Origin: Candidatus Latescibacterota bacterium
Lineage (GTDB): Bacteria; Latescibacterota; UBA2968; UBA8231
Direction: 5' to 3'
Assembly (NCBI GenBank): GCA_965248265.1
Contig: CBDFJF010000001.1
Coordinates: forward strand, 1,824,001-1,888,000
DNA length: 64,000 nt
The notes beneath the pieces are model-generated. The model was not told the origin of the DNA. It ran no database searches and saw only the letters and a program-made list of their open reading frames with translations. Shown here one piece after another: positions 26,998 through 40,422 of the stretch. The stretch's first letter is position 1. Each line of letters opens with the position of its first letter. The position numbers were made by a program, and so were the translations under genes.

Positions 26998-28713
26998 ATG
27001 TGGGTACCAATGAGAGGAGCTGATCTGGTCATAAAGGCGCTGGAACGGCACGGCGTGGAGTATGTCTTTGGCCTTCCCGGCGGGGCGGCGATGCCCATTT
27101 TTGACGCCCTCGTTGACTCAGACAAACTGAAACTCGTCTTGACCCGGCACGAGCAGGGTGCCACCCACATGGCAGACGGCTACGCTCGAGCCACCGGGAA
27201 GCCCGGCGTCGTCCTCGTCACATCAGGGCCTGGCGCGACCAACACGATCACCGGGATTTTGACGGCTCAAATGGACTCCGTTCCGATGATCGTGCTTACC
27301 GGACAGACCATCACACCCATGTTGGGTAAAGACGCCTTCCAGGAGGCTGATGTCTTCGGGGTCTCCATGCCAGTAGTCAAGCATTCATACCTGATCAAGA
27401 ACGCGGCCGACGTCCCGCGAGTCATGATGGAGGCCTTCCATATCGCGACAACCGGACGACAGGGGCCCGTTCTCGTCGACCTGCCCAAGGATGTTACCCA
27501 GGACGAGTGTGTCGCCGAATTCCCCGAAAAGGTCTACTTGCCCGGCTACCATCCGGTGTCCAAAGCCAATCCCGAACGACTGAGGGAAGCCGCGCAGTTA
27601 TTGAGCAAAAGCCGCCGCCCGCTGCTGTACCTGGGAGGAGGATGTATCGCTGCCGGCGCCCACGAGGCGGCGCTTGCCTTCGCCGAGAAAACCCGCATGC
27701 CGGTGACGAACACGCTGCTTGGGAAGGGCTCCTTCCCGGAACAGCATGAACTCTCCGTGGGCATGCTGGGAATGCACGGCACCGCCTACGCCAACAAGAC
27801 GGTGGTCGGTTGCGATCTCATCATGTCGGTTGGCGGCCGCTGGGATGATCGCATCACCGGCAAGCTCTCTGAGTTCTGCTCTGACGCGGTCAAGATCCAC
27901 GTCGACATTGACCCTGCCGAGTACAACAAAGTGGTCATGCCCGATGTGTTCATCCAGGGTGATGCGCTGGAAGTTCTGGAAGAGCTTATCAATTTCGTCG
28001 AGCCCCTGGACACCAGCGACTGGTTGGAGCAAATCGATGAGTGGCGCACCAAGTTCCCGCTCAAATACGGCCGCAAGGGTGGCTTGAAGATGCAGGCGGT
28101 CTTCGACCGGCTCTACCATCTCACCGAGGGTAAGGCCATCGTCACCACCGATGTCGGGCAACACCAGATGTGGGCGGCGCAGTTCTACAAGACCGCCTAC
28201 CACAGGCAGTGGCTCTCCTCAGGGGGGGCTGGAAGCATGGGCTACGGATTCCCCGCCGCCATCGGCGCCCAGCTCGGATGCCCGGACAAGACCGTCATCG
28301 CCATCGCCGGAGACGGCGGCTTTCAGATGACCCTGTGCGAACTGTCCACGGCCGTTCTCGAAAAATTGCCGGTGAAGATCCTGGTAATGGACAACCGCTT
28401 TCTGGGGATGGTCCGGCAGTGGCAGAATCTGTTTTATGACAATCGACTCTCGGGTGTCGATTTGGATGGCAATCCCGACTTCGTGAAGCTGGCCGAATCC
28501 TACGGCGTCAAAGGGTTTCAACTGAAGCGCACTGCTGATATCGACAAGGTCCTCACTCGCATGCTGGAGTGGAATGAGGGACCCTGCCTCGTCCATGCGC
28601 ATTGCGAGAAAGAAGACAATGTTTATCCGATGATACCGGCTGGTGCCGCAGTCAGCGAAATGCTCATTGAGGCACCCAAACGCACGCTGGCCAAACCGAC
28701 GGGGAGTACATGA
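26998..28713 (+). CDS. ilvB: Acetolactate synthase large subunit
   Basis: Motifs [49 protein letters not shown] and GMVRQWQ. Confidence 0.97.
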   Translation: MWVPMRGADLVIKALERHGVEYVFGLPGGAAMPIFDALVDSDKLKLVLTRHEQGATHMADGYARATGKPGVVLVTSGPGATNTITGILTAQMDSVPMIVLTGQTITPMLGKDAFQEADVFGVSMPVVKHSYLIKNAADVPRVMMEAFHIATTGRQGPVLVDLPKDVTQDECVAEFPEKVYLPGYHPVSKANPERLREAAQLLSKSRRPLLYLGGGCIAAGAHEAALAFAEKTRMPVTNTLLGKGSFPEQHELSVGMLGMHGTAYANKTVVGCDLIMSVGGRWDDRITGKLSEFCSDAVKIHVDIDPAEYNKVVMPDVFIQGDALEVLEELINFVEPLDTSDWLEQIDEWRTKFPLKYGRKGGLKMQAVFDRLYHLTEGKAIVTTDVGQHQMWAAQFYKTAYHRQWLSSGGAGSMGYGFPAAIGAQLGCPDKTVIAIAGDGGFQMTLCELSTAVLEKLPVKILVMDNRFLGMVRQWQNLFYDNRLSGVDLDGNPDFVKLAESYGVKGFQLKRTADIDKVLTRMLEWNEGPCLVHAHCEKEDNVYPMIPAGAAVSEMLIEAPKRTLAKPTGST

Positions 28714-29279
28714 TGGCCGACAACAATGGTAGCCCGGGCACCCCGCCAGCCACCGCCGTGGAGCTCGAAGGCATTCCGGCGGCTACACCGACGAAGCGGA
28801 CGACCATAGGGCTATTGGTGAACGACCAGCCCGGCGTATTGATGCGCATCAGCCAGGTGTTCGCCCGCAGGGGCTATAACATCGAGTCCCTCGTCGTCTC
28901 ACCCGCCCATTTGACCAATTCCTCGCGCATGACGATCACCTGCTCCGGCCCGGAGGATGTCCTCCACCAGATCATCCTTCAACTGGACAAGCTGGTCGAC
29001 GTCGTCCACGCCAAGGATCACACCGATGATCAGGCGGTAACGCGTGAACTGGCCATGTTCAAGGTGGGTTGCACATTCAATGAGCGTTCGGAGATTCTGC
29101 AGATTACCGAAGTGTTTCGCGGTAAGACCGTTGATATTTCCGACGAGACGATCACGATCGAGGCCACCGGTACCAGTGACAAGATGGACGCCCTGGAGCA
29201 GTTATTCAGTAAATTCGACCTGCGCGAGATGGTGCGCACGGGCAAGGTGGTGATGGCCCGGGGTGGTGACACCACTTGA
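28710..29279 (+). CDS. ilvN: Acetolactate synthase small (regulatory) subunit
   Basis: Motifs [42 protein letters not shown] and EMVRTG. ATGA overlap with ilvB. Confidence 0.96.
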   Translation: MMADNNGSPGTPPATAVELEGIPAATPTKRTTIGLLVNDQPGVLMRISQVFARRGYNIESLVVSPAHLTNSSRMTITCSGPEDVLHQIILQLDKLVDVVHAKDHTDDQAVTRELAMFKVGCTFNERSEILQITEVFRGKTVDISDETITIEATGTSDKMDALEQLFSKFDLREMVRTGKVVMARGGDTT

Positions 29280-29287
29280 TGTGAATG

Positions 29288-29328
29288 ACGGGACGGCGCG
29301 GCCGCACATGACGGCCGCGCCGTCCCGT
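29288..29328. terminator. Perfect 17-bp GC-rich hairpin between convergent ilvN and TonB-receptor genes
   Basis: ACGGGACGGCGCGGCCG, 7-nt loop, CGGCCGCGCCGTCCCGT. There is no long U tract. Confidence 0.75.
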
Positions 29329-29330
29329 TG

Positions 29331-32258
29331 TCAGAACGTCAGACCCAGTTGGGCGTAGGTCATTCTGCCGATCTCCGGAGCCCCCACGAAGGACCGGTAC
29401 TTATTGTCCAACAGGTTGTCGATGCTGACAGTGAGAGATAGTCCCTCGCCGTAGGGAATGTCGTACACGCCGCTGGCATCGACGACGGTGTGGGAATCCA
29501 CGTCCCCCTCGAACACCCCCGACCTCATGCGGAAGGATCCGGCATAGCGAGCCTGTCCTCTCAGCCGCAGGCTCCACTCGGGAATTCGGTAGGTCCCTCC
29601 CAGTTTGAGCTTGTGCTGCGGAGCGTTCAGAGCCACATCGGCGATGCCACCCAGATTCTCGAAGAAACTGTCGTCAACGTACGAGTAGTTGCCTGTCAGG
29701 CTCCAGACTTCACTCGGATAGAAGCCGGCGCTCAAATCGAGGCCGTAGAGCGTGACGTCGCCGAAATTTCGGTAGGTGACGATCACATCGTCGTCGTCGT
29801 AGGCCTGCAGCGGAGACACGGTCCCGTACGGTATGCCGGCCGCTCCTGGCCTGGCTTCCCCCCCGATCTCGGCTCCATTCGTGAAGATCTGCGCCAGCTC
29901 CGGTACTGGATCGCCATCACCATTTCCACCCAAACCCAGAAGCGGATTGTCCACCTGCGCCAGCACGGCCGCGAGCTCGGCGAAATTCGCGTCCTGCATG
30001 TTTTCGGCGAACGCTTCAGTCAAAGCGGCGTTCAATAGCGTCGCATCGAGGAAGACGTTCGGCGTCTCAATCGCGAGAGGTCCTACGAAGTCTTCTCTCT
30101 CCGTGCGGTAGACGTCGGCCGCCACCACCAGATTGCCGCCGATGATGCCCTTGTACCCAACCTCCAGTGTCTGCGTCGTCGTCGGCTTTGTCCGCGGCAC
30201 GTTGACGACGTCATCGGTGGCGTCGAATCCGCGGGTCTCCTGATTGAGCTTCCTCATGTCTAACCCCAGACTGGGCAGCGTCGTCGGCACGAATGCATCC
30301 AAGCCAGGGCCAATGGCGGCCACTTGTTCATCCGTCAAGCCCAACGCCGGCCCGAGCCCTTGAAGGGCGGGCACCACCCCGTTGATTACTGCTCCACGCC
30401 CCACGCTCCACAGAACGCCAGTAGCCAGTGGATCAGCCAGGGCGATGTACCCTTCATCATCCATCGAATACCCCGTGTCGCCTGGCTCCAGTCCCCTTCC
30501 CTGCAGCGCTGCTGCGATGACGGGAGCAAACGGTGTTCGGAACATCGGCCTGCCGTCAGCGCTGCGCTTGAAGGTGAAGCCTTCATCGAATCCATCACGG
30601 TAGGTGCCTTGTGCGCGGATATCGATGGGGCCGACACCCAGGCTGCTGAAACTGGAAGCGATCGTATAGGGATCCGACTGCGCCCGCCGATCCAAATAGA
30701 GCTCCGTCGTCGTCGGGGTGGCGAATGCCCGGTTGTAGGTCAGGCGTACGGTCTGGTTTTCCTGCGGCGAATAGACCAGACCAGCGCGAGGCGACAGGAC
30801 GCCGTCTTCGATACGGTTGTGGTCGTCGTAGCGCAAGGCGAGAACAAGATCCAGATCCGGCGTCAGGTCCGTTTCGCTCTGCAGATAGACTCCGTACTCG
30901 TTGATGTCATCATCGTTCTCGTTCTGGCCGTTGATGGTACCCTTGGTGTCCGGCCGCGTCAGCAACAGGTCAGCACCGTAGGTGAAGCGCTGCCGTGGGT
31001 TCAGCTGGGTCACATGCTGCACCTGAAACACATCCAGACTGGATTTGTCCCGGATCGGATCGCCGGTGGCCAACACGAAGGTATCGCCGGCATCGTTCCA
31101 ATTTCGATAGTACTGAAGGAACAGCTCGCGGTAGATGACACGGGCCTGGGCGTAGTTGTAGTTCCAATCGATTACCTGACCCGACCCTAGACCGGTCATT
31201 TCGATGTGGTCACCCAGATTGTACCCGTATGTCAGTATGCCGGTGAGGTCTTCGTTCGGCCTGAAATCGATACGCGCCTCCAACCCCTGACGCTCAATGT
31301 CGTAGTCGCGGGCCTTGAGCGCCGGATCGGCGGCTCGCGCACTGACCTCCACGGGATCGTCGTATTTCCAATCCGTGCCGGTGTAGTACTGGCCGGAAAT
31401 CTTGTAGGCGATGTGCGGGCTCGCGGAACCGGCATGGCGGAAAGCCGTCTTTCGCAGACTGCGCTCGCCCAAACCCATCTGCACCGTGGTTCCGGCGGAA
31501 TTGAATGGCGAGGTCGTAATCACGTGCATGACACCGTTGGCACTGTTGGGACCGTAGAGGGCAGAGCCGGGACCGAGGACGACCTCGATGCGCTCGACGT
31601 CTTCATTGATGATCGGCACGAAGTTATAGGCGTTGAGCCGCAGTGATGGAACACGAGCGATGCGGTTGTCCGTCATCGCCATCAGCGCCCCTGAGAATAC
31701 GTTGTTGAAACCGCGCACGACGACGTTGCTCTGAACCAATCCCGTCTGGGAGAAGTCGACTCCCGGCAAATCACGTACGTGGTCGGAGATGGTCAGCGCT
31801 GGATTGTCCAAGACGGTCTCGCCTTCGACCGTGGCGATGGAAGCGGGTGCATCGAGTGCTTTTTCGCGGGTGCGCGATGCCGTGACGACATTGCGTTCCA
31901 GGTAAAGAGCCGCTGGCTCCAGCACGACGTTCAAGGTAAGGGCGAAGTCACCCGCGCCAAGATCGATTTCGGATGAGTAGCTGCGAAAACCGATATGGCT
32001 GACCGTGACTGCCAACTTGCCGGATGGCAGACCGGAGACGATGTAATTCCCGGCGTTGTCGGCCGTCGTACCTGTGGGCCGCGGCAAGGCGGCGCCGGAA
32101 ATGCTGACACTGGCTCCTGGTAACGCCTGGCCATCAGTTGAGGCAATGGTACCTTGGACGCGTCCGGAAAACTCGTCCTCGGCTCCTGCCGAGCCGGCAC
32201 TTGCCGAGCCGGCGTGAAGTATCCATGCGATCATGACGACGGGGATTGAACGAACCAT
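29331..32258 (-). CDS. TonB-dependent outer-membrane receptor with an N-terminal carboxypeptidase-regulatory-like domain
   Basis: GGAGG RBS precedes ATG 32258. Motifs VVTASR, LPGVD, VRGF, ERIEVVLGPGSALYG and NLLDNKY, with a terminal Phe. Confidence 0.93.
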   Translation of the reverse strand: MVRSIPVVMIAWILHAGSASAGSAGAEDEFSGRVQGTIASTDGQALPGASVSISGAALPRPTGTTADNAGNYIVSGLPSGKLAVTVSHIGFRSYSSEIDLGAGDFALTLNVVLEPAALYLERNVVTASRTREKALDAPASIATVEGETVLDNPALTISDHVRDLPGVDFSQTGLVQSNVVVRGFNNVFSGALMAMTDNRIARVPSLRLNAYNFVPIINEDVERIEVVLGPGSALYGPNSANGVMHVITTSPFNSAGTTVQMGLGERSLRKTAFRHAGSASPHIAYKISGQYYTGTDWKYDDPVEVSARAADPALKARDYDIERQGLEARIDFRPNEDLTGILTYGYNLGDHIEMTGLGSGQVIDWNYNYAQARVIYRELFLQYYRNWNDAGDTFVLATGDPIRDKSSLDVFQVQHVTQLNPRQRFTYGADLLLTRPDTKGTINGQNENDDDINEYGVYLQSETDLTPDLDLVLALRYDDHNRIEDGVLSPRAGLVYSPQENQTVRLTYNRAFATPTTTELYLDRRAQSDPYTIASSFSSLGVGPIDIRAQGTYRDGFDEGFTFKRSADGRPMFRTPFAPVIAAALQGRGLEPGDTGYSMDDEGYIALADPLATGVLWSVGRGAVINGVVPALQGLGPALGLTDEQVAAIGPGLDAFVPTTLPSLGLDMRKLNQETRGFDATDDVVNVPRTKPTTTQTLEVGYKGIIGGNLVVAADVYRTEREDFVGPLAIETPNVFLDATLLNAALTEAFAENMQDANFAELAAVLAQVDNPLLGLGGNGDGDPVPELAQIFTNGAEIGGEARPGAAGIPYGTVSPLQAYDDDDVIVTYRNFGDVTLYGLDLSAGFYPSEVWSLTGNYSYVDDSFFENLGGIADVALNAPQHKLKLGGTYRIPEWSLRLRGQARYAGSFRMRSGVFEGDVDSHTVVDASGVYDIPYGEGLSLTVSIDNLLDNKYRSFVGAPEIGRMTYAQLGLTF

Positions 32259-32584
32259 GCGGAACCTCCCTTTGCTGGACTGCCGTGCTTGGCTCACCCT
32301 GCGATCATGGCGTGGTACCTTCTACCATGCTATCACTTCGGGCTCGCAGCATCGACTGCTTGCAACATTCGTTCGGGGGAATATAACCTAGTTGTCCTGT
32401 CCAGAAACACGTTATTTCTCCCTGAAAAGAGACCGTGGATGCGTCCTTGCCTGGCTTTTTGGCGATCGATATATTCGCTCGCACCGCAGCCGGATCAAAC
32501 CACCGGATGGCGCACTATCGTAGAACCGTTCGCCCATTGTTGCTGCCGGCTGCCTGAAACACGGTCCCTCCTTCCTGCATATAG

Positions 32585-35232
<2,648 letters not shown>

Positions 35233-35236
<4 letters not shown>

Positions 35237-36063
35237 CCACGACCATGACCCAGGCGCCAGAGCAGAGCCGCTTCGAGTCGACCTCCGCCACGAAGACGGC
35301 GCATCGGATTATCGCGGTCGCCAATCAGAAGGGTGGGGTGGGCAAGACGACGACCGCCGTGAACCTGGCTGCGTGCCTTGCTGTCGCCGAAAAGCGCACC
35401 CTCCTCGTCGACATGGACCCCCAGGCCAACGCCACAAGCGGCTGTGGCGTGGACGCACGTGAGGTCGAGTCGCTGAACATCTATCATGCACTCCTGGGTG
35501 ACAAGACGGCGCAGGAAGTCGTACACGAAACCCAGATTCCTCACCTGTCTCTGATGCCATCACACATCGATCTCACCGGCGCCGAGGTCGAGATGGTGAA
35601 CATGATAGCGCGCGAGCAGAAGCTTGAGTCCATTCTCGCTCCGATCACCGCCGACTACGATTTCGTCATCCTGGACTGCCCGCCATCGCTGGGACTGTTG
35701 ACGCTCAATTCGCTGACGGCCGCCGATTCCGTGCTGATACCGATCCAGTGTGAGTACTATGCACTGGAGGGCCTCGGAAAGCTTCTGAATACGATCCGGC
35801 TGATCCAGCGGCACCTCAACAAGAAGCTACAAATCGCCGGCGTCCTGCTCACCATGTTCGACTCGCGTCTCAACCTGTCACGGCAGGTCGCCGAGGAGGT
35901 CAAGTCCTACTTCGGCGCCAAGGTGTACAAGACAGCCATCACGCGCAATATCCGGTTGGCTGAAGCGCCTGGTCACGGCCAACCCATCGTCCTCTATGAC
36001 ATCGTGTCTCCAGGAGCACAGAACTACATGAGCCTGGCTGGAGAGATCATCAGACATGGCTAA
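35233..36063 (+). CDS. parA: Chromosome partitioning ATPase ParA/Soj
   Basis: Motifs NQKGGVGKTT, DMDPQANAT, DCPPSLG, PIQCEYYALEG and LAEAP. Confidence 0.96.
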
Positions 36064-36934
36064 GAAGCAAGTTCTCGGCAAGGGCATTCACGCCCTGATC
36101 GCGGAGTACGGCGAGGAGGCCAGCGACGCGGACGGCCGTCAGGTCGTCAACCTGCCGGTCGCGGAAATCGACCCGAATCCGCACCAGCCACGGATGGACT
36201 TCGACGAGGACGCCCTCGAGCAACTCACCTCCTCGATCCGTGAGAAGGGTGTGATCCAGCCGATCAGCGTCAATCGCGTCGGGCAATCCTACCACATCAT
36301 AGCTGGAGAGCGCCGCTGGCGGGCTTCCAAAAAGGCCGGCTTCGAGACGATACCGGCGATCGTTCACGAGATCGAGTCCGAAGAGGAGCTCATCGAGCTC
36401 TCGTTGATCGAAAACATCCAGCGGGAAGACCTGAATCCCATCGAGGAAGCCGAAGGGTACCGGGCGCTACGCGACACCTGCATGCTGACGCAGGAGGAAA
36501 TCGCCCAGAGGGTCGGGCGCGAACGTTCCACGGTCGCCAACATGCTGCGATTGCTGAACCTGCCGGAAGAGATCCAGCTGTCCCTGCGCGACGGCGCCAT
36601 CCAGATGGGGCATGCTCGTGCGCTGAGCGCCCTGGATGAGCAGGCCAGCCTCGCCCTGGGTCGTAAAGCGGCGGCAGAGGGTCTCTCAGTACGCGAGTTG
36701 GAGAAGGCGGTGCGCTCGCATGGCAAAAAGCGCGACCCCCGCAAGAGCAAGGACAAGCACGCGGGCCAATCCGGGGACGAGCGCGTGATCGCCGGATGGG
36801 AAGAGAAACTGCGGCATCGTTTCGGGACGGCGGTGGAAATCAACCGGAAGGCCAGCAACAAGGGCCGCGTCGAAATCGAGTTCTACGGTGACGACGACCT
36901 GGAGCGCATCCTAGATCTTCTCTTACCTGGATAA
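36056..36934 (+). CDS. parB: Chromosome partitioning protein ParB/Spo0J
   Basis: Motifs LGKGIHALI, NPHQPR, IIAGERRWRA, ENIQREDL, HTH RSTVANMLRLL and GHARAL. Confidence 0.96.
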   Translation: MAKKQVLGKGIHALIAEYGEEASDADGRQVVNLPVAEIDPNPHQPRMDFDEDALEQLTSSIREKGVIQPISVNRVGQSYHIIAGERRWRASKKAGFETIPAIVHEIESEEELIELSLIENIQREDLNPIEEAEGYRALRDTCMLTQEEIAQRVGRERSTVANMLRLLNLPEEIQLSLRDGAIQMGHARALSALDEQASLALGRKAAAEGLSVRELEKAVRSHGKKRDPRKSKDKHAGQSGDERVIAGWEEKLRHRFGTAVEINRKASNKGRVEIEFYGDDDLERILDLLLPG

Positions 36935-36948
36935 GCACAAACCTGCCG

Positions 36949-38361
36949 GTGCCTCCAACCAACCGAGTCCTCTTGGCGCGCGTTGAATCGCCAGCTGCAC
37001 GGGTGATGTCGGGTATTGTAGTCTTGACTCTCCTCATGACCCTCGGGGCGTGCAGTCTCTTTCATCAGGACCTGCCCAACGAAGCCCCCATCCTCTCCTC
37101 GACTCAAGCCGATACCCTGCGGGTAAAGCGGGACGGCTCCGTTACCCTGAATGTGCTGGCCTCAGACGAAGACGACGACGTGCTGGACTACGTATGGGAG
37201 GCGACCGGCGGCACGCTGGAGCCCTCAGGCTCCCGCGCGGAATGGATCGCCCCGGGGCATATAGAGGGTACTTCCCAGATCTTTACGGTGAGGGTCACCG
37301 TATTCGATCGTCAGTGCGACTTGATCGCCGAACCGCAGGATCGCCATAATTGCGAAACGACGGCGCTTGCGAGCACGGACAGCTTCCGTATCGAAGTGGT
37401 TCAGAACCCGCCCACTCTGTCGTCGATTGCATTCGATGAGGCTCCATCGTTTCGCAGTCCGATGATGACCGTCAGCGCTTCGGCGTCCGACCAGGACGGG
37501 GATCTGTTGGCCTTCGAATGGTCTGCGGAAGACACGACGTTGACGGCCCTGATCGATTCTGTTGGACCTGAAGTGGACTTCATCCCGCTGTTCCCGGGAG
37601 TGCATGTCATCAGGGTCACCGTCCACGACAGGGCGGACTCGGTCGTCAACATCATCATCCTCGACGTGCCGTCTCCAGCCGACGTTCCGGACGGCGGCAC
37701 TGTTCGGTTGGAACTGCCGGAGAGCGATGACATGCCCGCGCGAGCCTTCGAGATCGACGTGTTCGAGTACCCGAATCAACGAGGTCAGGTACCGATGCTC
37801 GTCGATTCCTTTTTTGAGGCGGAGCAGATCTGCTCCGATTTGGGAGCTCGACTGTGCACGAATGAGGAATGGGCGTTGGCGTGCGCGGGACAGGAGAGCG
37901 GGGAGTTTTCATCCGTCGACGACCCCGGCGCACTGCCGGCTCGTTTCGGTCGCCGGTTCTGCAATACCACCGGATCCGCCGTCAATCCGGTGGCGGCGAG
38001 TACGGGGCAAGACAGCGCCGGAGTATTGGCGGAATCCGGGAGCTTCCCCAACTGCAGTAGCTTGACGGGAGTCTACGATTTGACCGGAAATGCGCGAGAG
38101 TGGCTCGAGGAACGAGGAGACTCCACCCTTCAGGTCGGAATGCGATCGTCGAGCAGTGCGACCGCAAAGGATGCTACCTGCCAGGAATTCGAGGTCTTGC
38201 CCGCCGTGAGCCAGATTCAGGACGAGAGCGATGTCAGGTACTTCGAGTCAGGCTCAGGCTTCCGTTGTTGCCGCGACCTGGAGGTCGTCGATGCCGGCAA
38301 GCTCAGGAACAAAGTCGGGGGCGACATGGTCGACGACATCGTCGGCGATATCGGTCAGTGA
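36949..38361 (+). CDS. Lipoprotein with two Ig-like (PKD/Big-like) domains and a Cys-rich FGE-sulfatase-like domain
   Basis: Lipobox LGAC (true start may be ATG 37006). Repeats ASDEDDDVLDYVW / ASDQDGDLLAFEW, then FEIDVFEYPN, RLCTNEEW, YDLTGNAREW and GFRCC. Confidence 0.8.
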   Translation: MPPTNRVLLARVESPAARVMSGIVVLTLLMTLGACSLFHQDLPNEAPILSSTQADTLRVKRDGSVTLNVLASDEDDDVLDYVWEATGGTLEPSGSRAEWIAPGHIEGTSQIFTVRVTVFDRQCDLIAEPQDRHNCETTALASTDSFRIEVVQNPPTLSSIAFDEAPSFRSPMMTVSASASDQDGDLLAFEWSAEDTTLTALIDSVGPEVDFIPLFPGVHVIRVTVHDRADSVVNIIILDVPSPADVPDGGTVRLELPESDDMPARAFEIDVFEYPNQRGQVPMLVDSFFEAEQICSDLGARLCTNEEWALACAGQESGEFSSVDDPGALPARFGRRFCNTTGSAVNPVAASTGQDSAGVLAESGSFPNCSSLTGVYDLTGNAREWLEERGDSTLQVGMRSSSSATAKDATCQEFEVLPAVSQIQDESDVRYFESGSGFRCCRDLEVVDAGKLRNKVGGDMVDDIVGDIGQ

Positions 38362-38674
38362 AACGGCCGGTGTCGGGACGAACTCGGGCCCGGCGAAAAC
38401 GCTGCCGTGGCGCTGTACTTGAACCAGCTCGTCGGCCTTGCGGTCCCGGCGTGTCGCCGCCCACTTCTGACGATCACGGACCTGTTCAGCGGCCCCTATC
38501 ACCACGTCGTATTCGCGGTCGAGTAGCGTTCAGCTTGGCGGTAAGACCAGCCAGCTCCCGTTCCCGTGCCTTCATCAAAGAGACTAGATTCCTCATCTCG
38601 AAAGCGAGAACGTACTTTAGGGATATGGGCACTCCCACCAAAACTGCGCTCAACAAGATCAATTCGGCGCTCAT
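38254..38674 (-). pseudogene. Small membrane-anchored coiled-coil protein with an apparent +1 frameshift near 38524
   Basis: ORF 38486..38674 (TM helix plus coiled coil ...LTAKLNA) continues in a second frame as LDREYDVVIGAAEQVRDRQ... to the stop at 38254 if one base at about 38524 is removed. Confidence 0.5.
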
Positions 38675-38904
38675 ACGATACCTGCCTGTGGTGTTATTCG
38701 TGAGGGACGCAAATAGGCGGCATGCCGGCTCTTCCCTGTAACGGGCATCAGCAGCTCCTGTTTTCCTGTTTTGAGCAACCGGTGTGCCAGAGAGGCTGCG
38801 ACTCGAATCGGGCCGGTTCCCTCCGTGAAATTGCTGGGTTTGGATCGTCGCGCCCTCCCTGAGGGGCTGTTTTTTCCCCCGCGGTGGACATACTTTCCTT
38901 TGTC

Positions 38905-39681
38905 GTGGATAAAGAGCTGATCAGAGAACTACTGGCGCAGGTGGCCGATGGCAGGCTTACGCCCGATGATGCACTCGAGCAGCTGAAGTTGCTGCCGTTC
39001 GAGGATCTTGGGTTCGCCCACGTCGACCACCATCGCACCCTTCGCAAGGGCCATCCTGAGACCATCCTGTGCGCCGGCAAGACGACAGAGCAAATCGTCG
39101 CCATCGCCGAGCACCTGGTGGAGCGCGGCTCCATTGTGCTGGGAACCAGGATTTCGGATGAGGCGGCCGCCGCCTGCCGGCAGCGATGGTCTCATGCGGA
39201 CTTCGATTCGACCGCTCGCACGGTCGTCATCCGTCCTCCTGATGCTGAGCCCACCGACCCCGTCGGGCGGCTTCTGGTGGTTTCGGCGGGCACCTCTGAC
39301 ATCCCGGTCGCACAGGAAGCCGTGGTCACGGCGCGTACAATGGGTGCGAACGCGGAAGCCATCTTCGACGTCGGTGTGGCCGGAATCCATCGTCTCTTCG
39401 CCCACGCGGAGCAGCTGCGGCAGGCCAACGTCATCGTCGTGGTGGCCGGCATGGAGGGAGCCCTCGCCAGCGTCGTCGGCGGACTCGTCGATGTGCCCGT
39501 TATCGCAGTCCCGACCAGCATCGGGTATGGGGCCAGTTTCGGTGGGGTCGCCGCGCTGCTGAGCATGCTGAATTCGTGTGCATCCGGCGTCCTCGTCGTC
39601 AACATCGACAATGGCTATGGAGCGGGCTACGCGGCTGCCGTCATCAACCAGCAGGCGGTGGACTCCACGTCCTCCCCGTGA
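38905..39681 (+). CDS. larB: Nickel-pincer cofactor biosynthesis protein LarB
   Basis: Motifs FEDLGFAHVDHHR, GKT.EQ, AGTSDIPVA, DVGVAGIHRL, AGMEGAL, PTSIGYG, MLNSCASG and VNIDNG. Confidence 0.95.
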   Translation: MDKELIRELLAQVADGRLTPDDALEQLKLLPFEDLGFAHVDHHRTLRKGHPETILCAGKTTEQIVAIAEHLVERGSIVLGTRISDEAAAACRQRWSHADFDSTARTVVIRPPDAEPTDPVGRLLVVSAGTSDIPVAQEAVVTARTMGANAEAIFDVGVAGIHRLFAHAEQLRQANVIVVVAGMEGALASVVGGLVDVPVIAVPTSIGYGASFGGVAALLSMLNSCASGVLVVNIDNGYGAGYAAAVINQQAVDSTSSP

Positions 39682-40313
39682 CGACACAGCCGCAACCGTC
39701 TACGTCGGTGGCCATTCTGGTCGGGGGGCGGAGTCGCCGCATGGGTGTAGACAAGGCGCGCCTTCGTCTTGGAACAGGCACGGTGCTGGAGCGAGTCATC
39801 GAGGCAGCGACTCCGATGGGGTTACCGTTGTGCCTGATCTGTGCTTCGTCATCCGAGGAAACGGATGAGCGCACGCAATGGTTACACTCCTTCGATGTAC
39901 CGATCATCCCCGATCTGCGACCGAACCGGGGGCCGCTAGGTGGATTGCATACCGCCCTCTCGAGCAGCAGTGCCGACCGGCTGCTGCTGCTGGCCTGTGA
40001 CCTTCCCTTTCTGACCACCCCGTTTCTGTCCTACATCCTTTCGATGCAGGGAACAGCCGACGTGGCGCTGCCGCAGGATGAGCACGGCTTGCATCCGCTG
40101 TGCGCCGTGTACACGGGCAGCTGTCTTCAGGGTCTCGGCAAATGCCTCGAGGAATCGCGACTGAGCCTCATAGACTTCGTCCGCTCGGTAAACCATCAGC
40201 CCCTCGCGCACACCGACTACGCGGACCTTGACCCCGGTGGCTTGCTGACGACCAATCTGAATACGATGGAGGACTATGAGAGGGCGAGGACGCTACTGGC
40301 AAAGCTCACGTAG
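39678..40313 (+). CDS. mobA: Molybdenum cofactor guanylyltransferase (MobA-like)
   Basis: GTG overlaps the larB stop. Motifs ILVGGRSRRMGVDKA, GPLGGL, LACDLPFL, HPLCAVY and NLNT.ED. Confidence 0.88.
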   Translation: MTTQPQPSTSVAILVGGRSRRMGVDKARLRLGTGTVLERVIEAATPMGLPLCLICASSSEETDERTQWLHSFDVPIIPDLRPNRGPLGGLHTALSSSSADRLLLLACDLPFLTTPFLSYILSMQGTADVALPQDEHGLHPLCAVYTGSCLQGLGKCLEESRLSLIDFVRSVNHQPLAHTDYADLDPGGLLTTNLNTMEDYERARTLLAKLT

Positions 40314-40395
40314 TGAGCTTCGTTCTCGTAAGAGAGCTTTCGCACTCAGTAAGAGAGCTTTCGCGTTCAGTAAGAGAGCTCGGACTCGTGAGAGA
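40313..40395. repeat. Degenerate ~21-bp tandem repeat (GTAAGAGAGCTTTCGCxxTCA) between convergent mobA and cyoE
   Basis: Two full units at 40328 and 40349, with decayed units on either side. Confidence 0.85.
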
Positions 40396-40422
40396 CACCG
40401 CCTTGGCGGTGGTACCACCCTC

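Noticed and set aside
26964-27023. Short [22 protein letters not shown] as an ilv attenuator leader
   Set aside because: It is not enriched in Ile/Leu/Val, there is no terminator/antiterminator pair, and its ATG is created by the 14-bp duplication junction.
38904-38912. DnaA-box-like 9-mers (here and TTATCCACC near 59073) as oriC evidence near parAB
   Set aside because: They are isolated imperfect matches with no cluster, no AT-rich unwinding element and no dnaA.
40313-40395. 21-bp repeats as a mini CRISPR array
   Set aside because: The units are directly adjacent with no unique spacers, and there are no cas genes.
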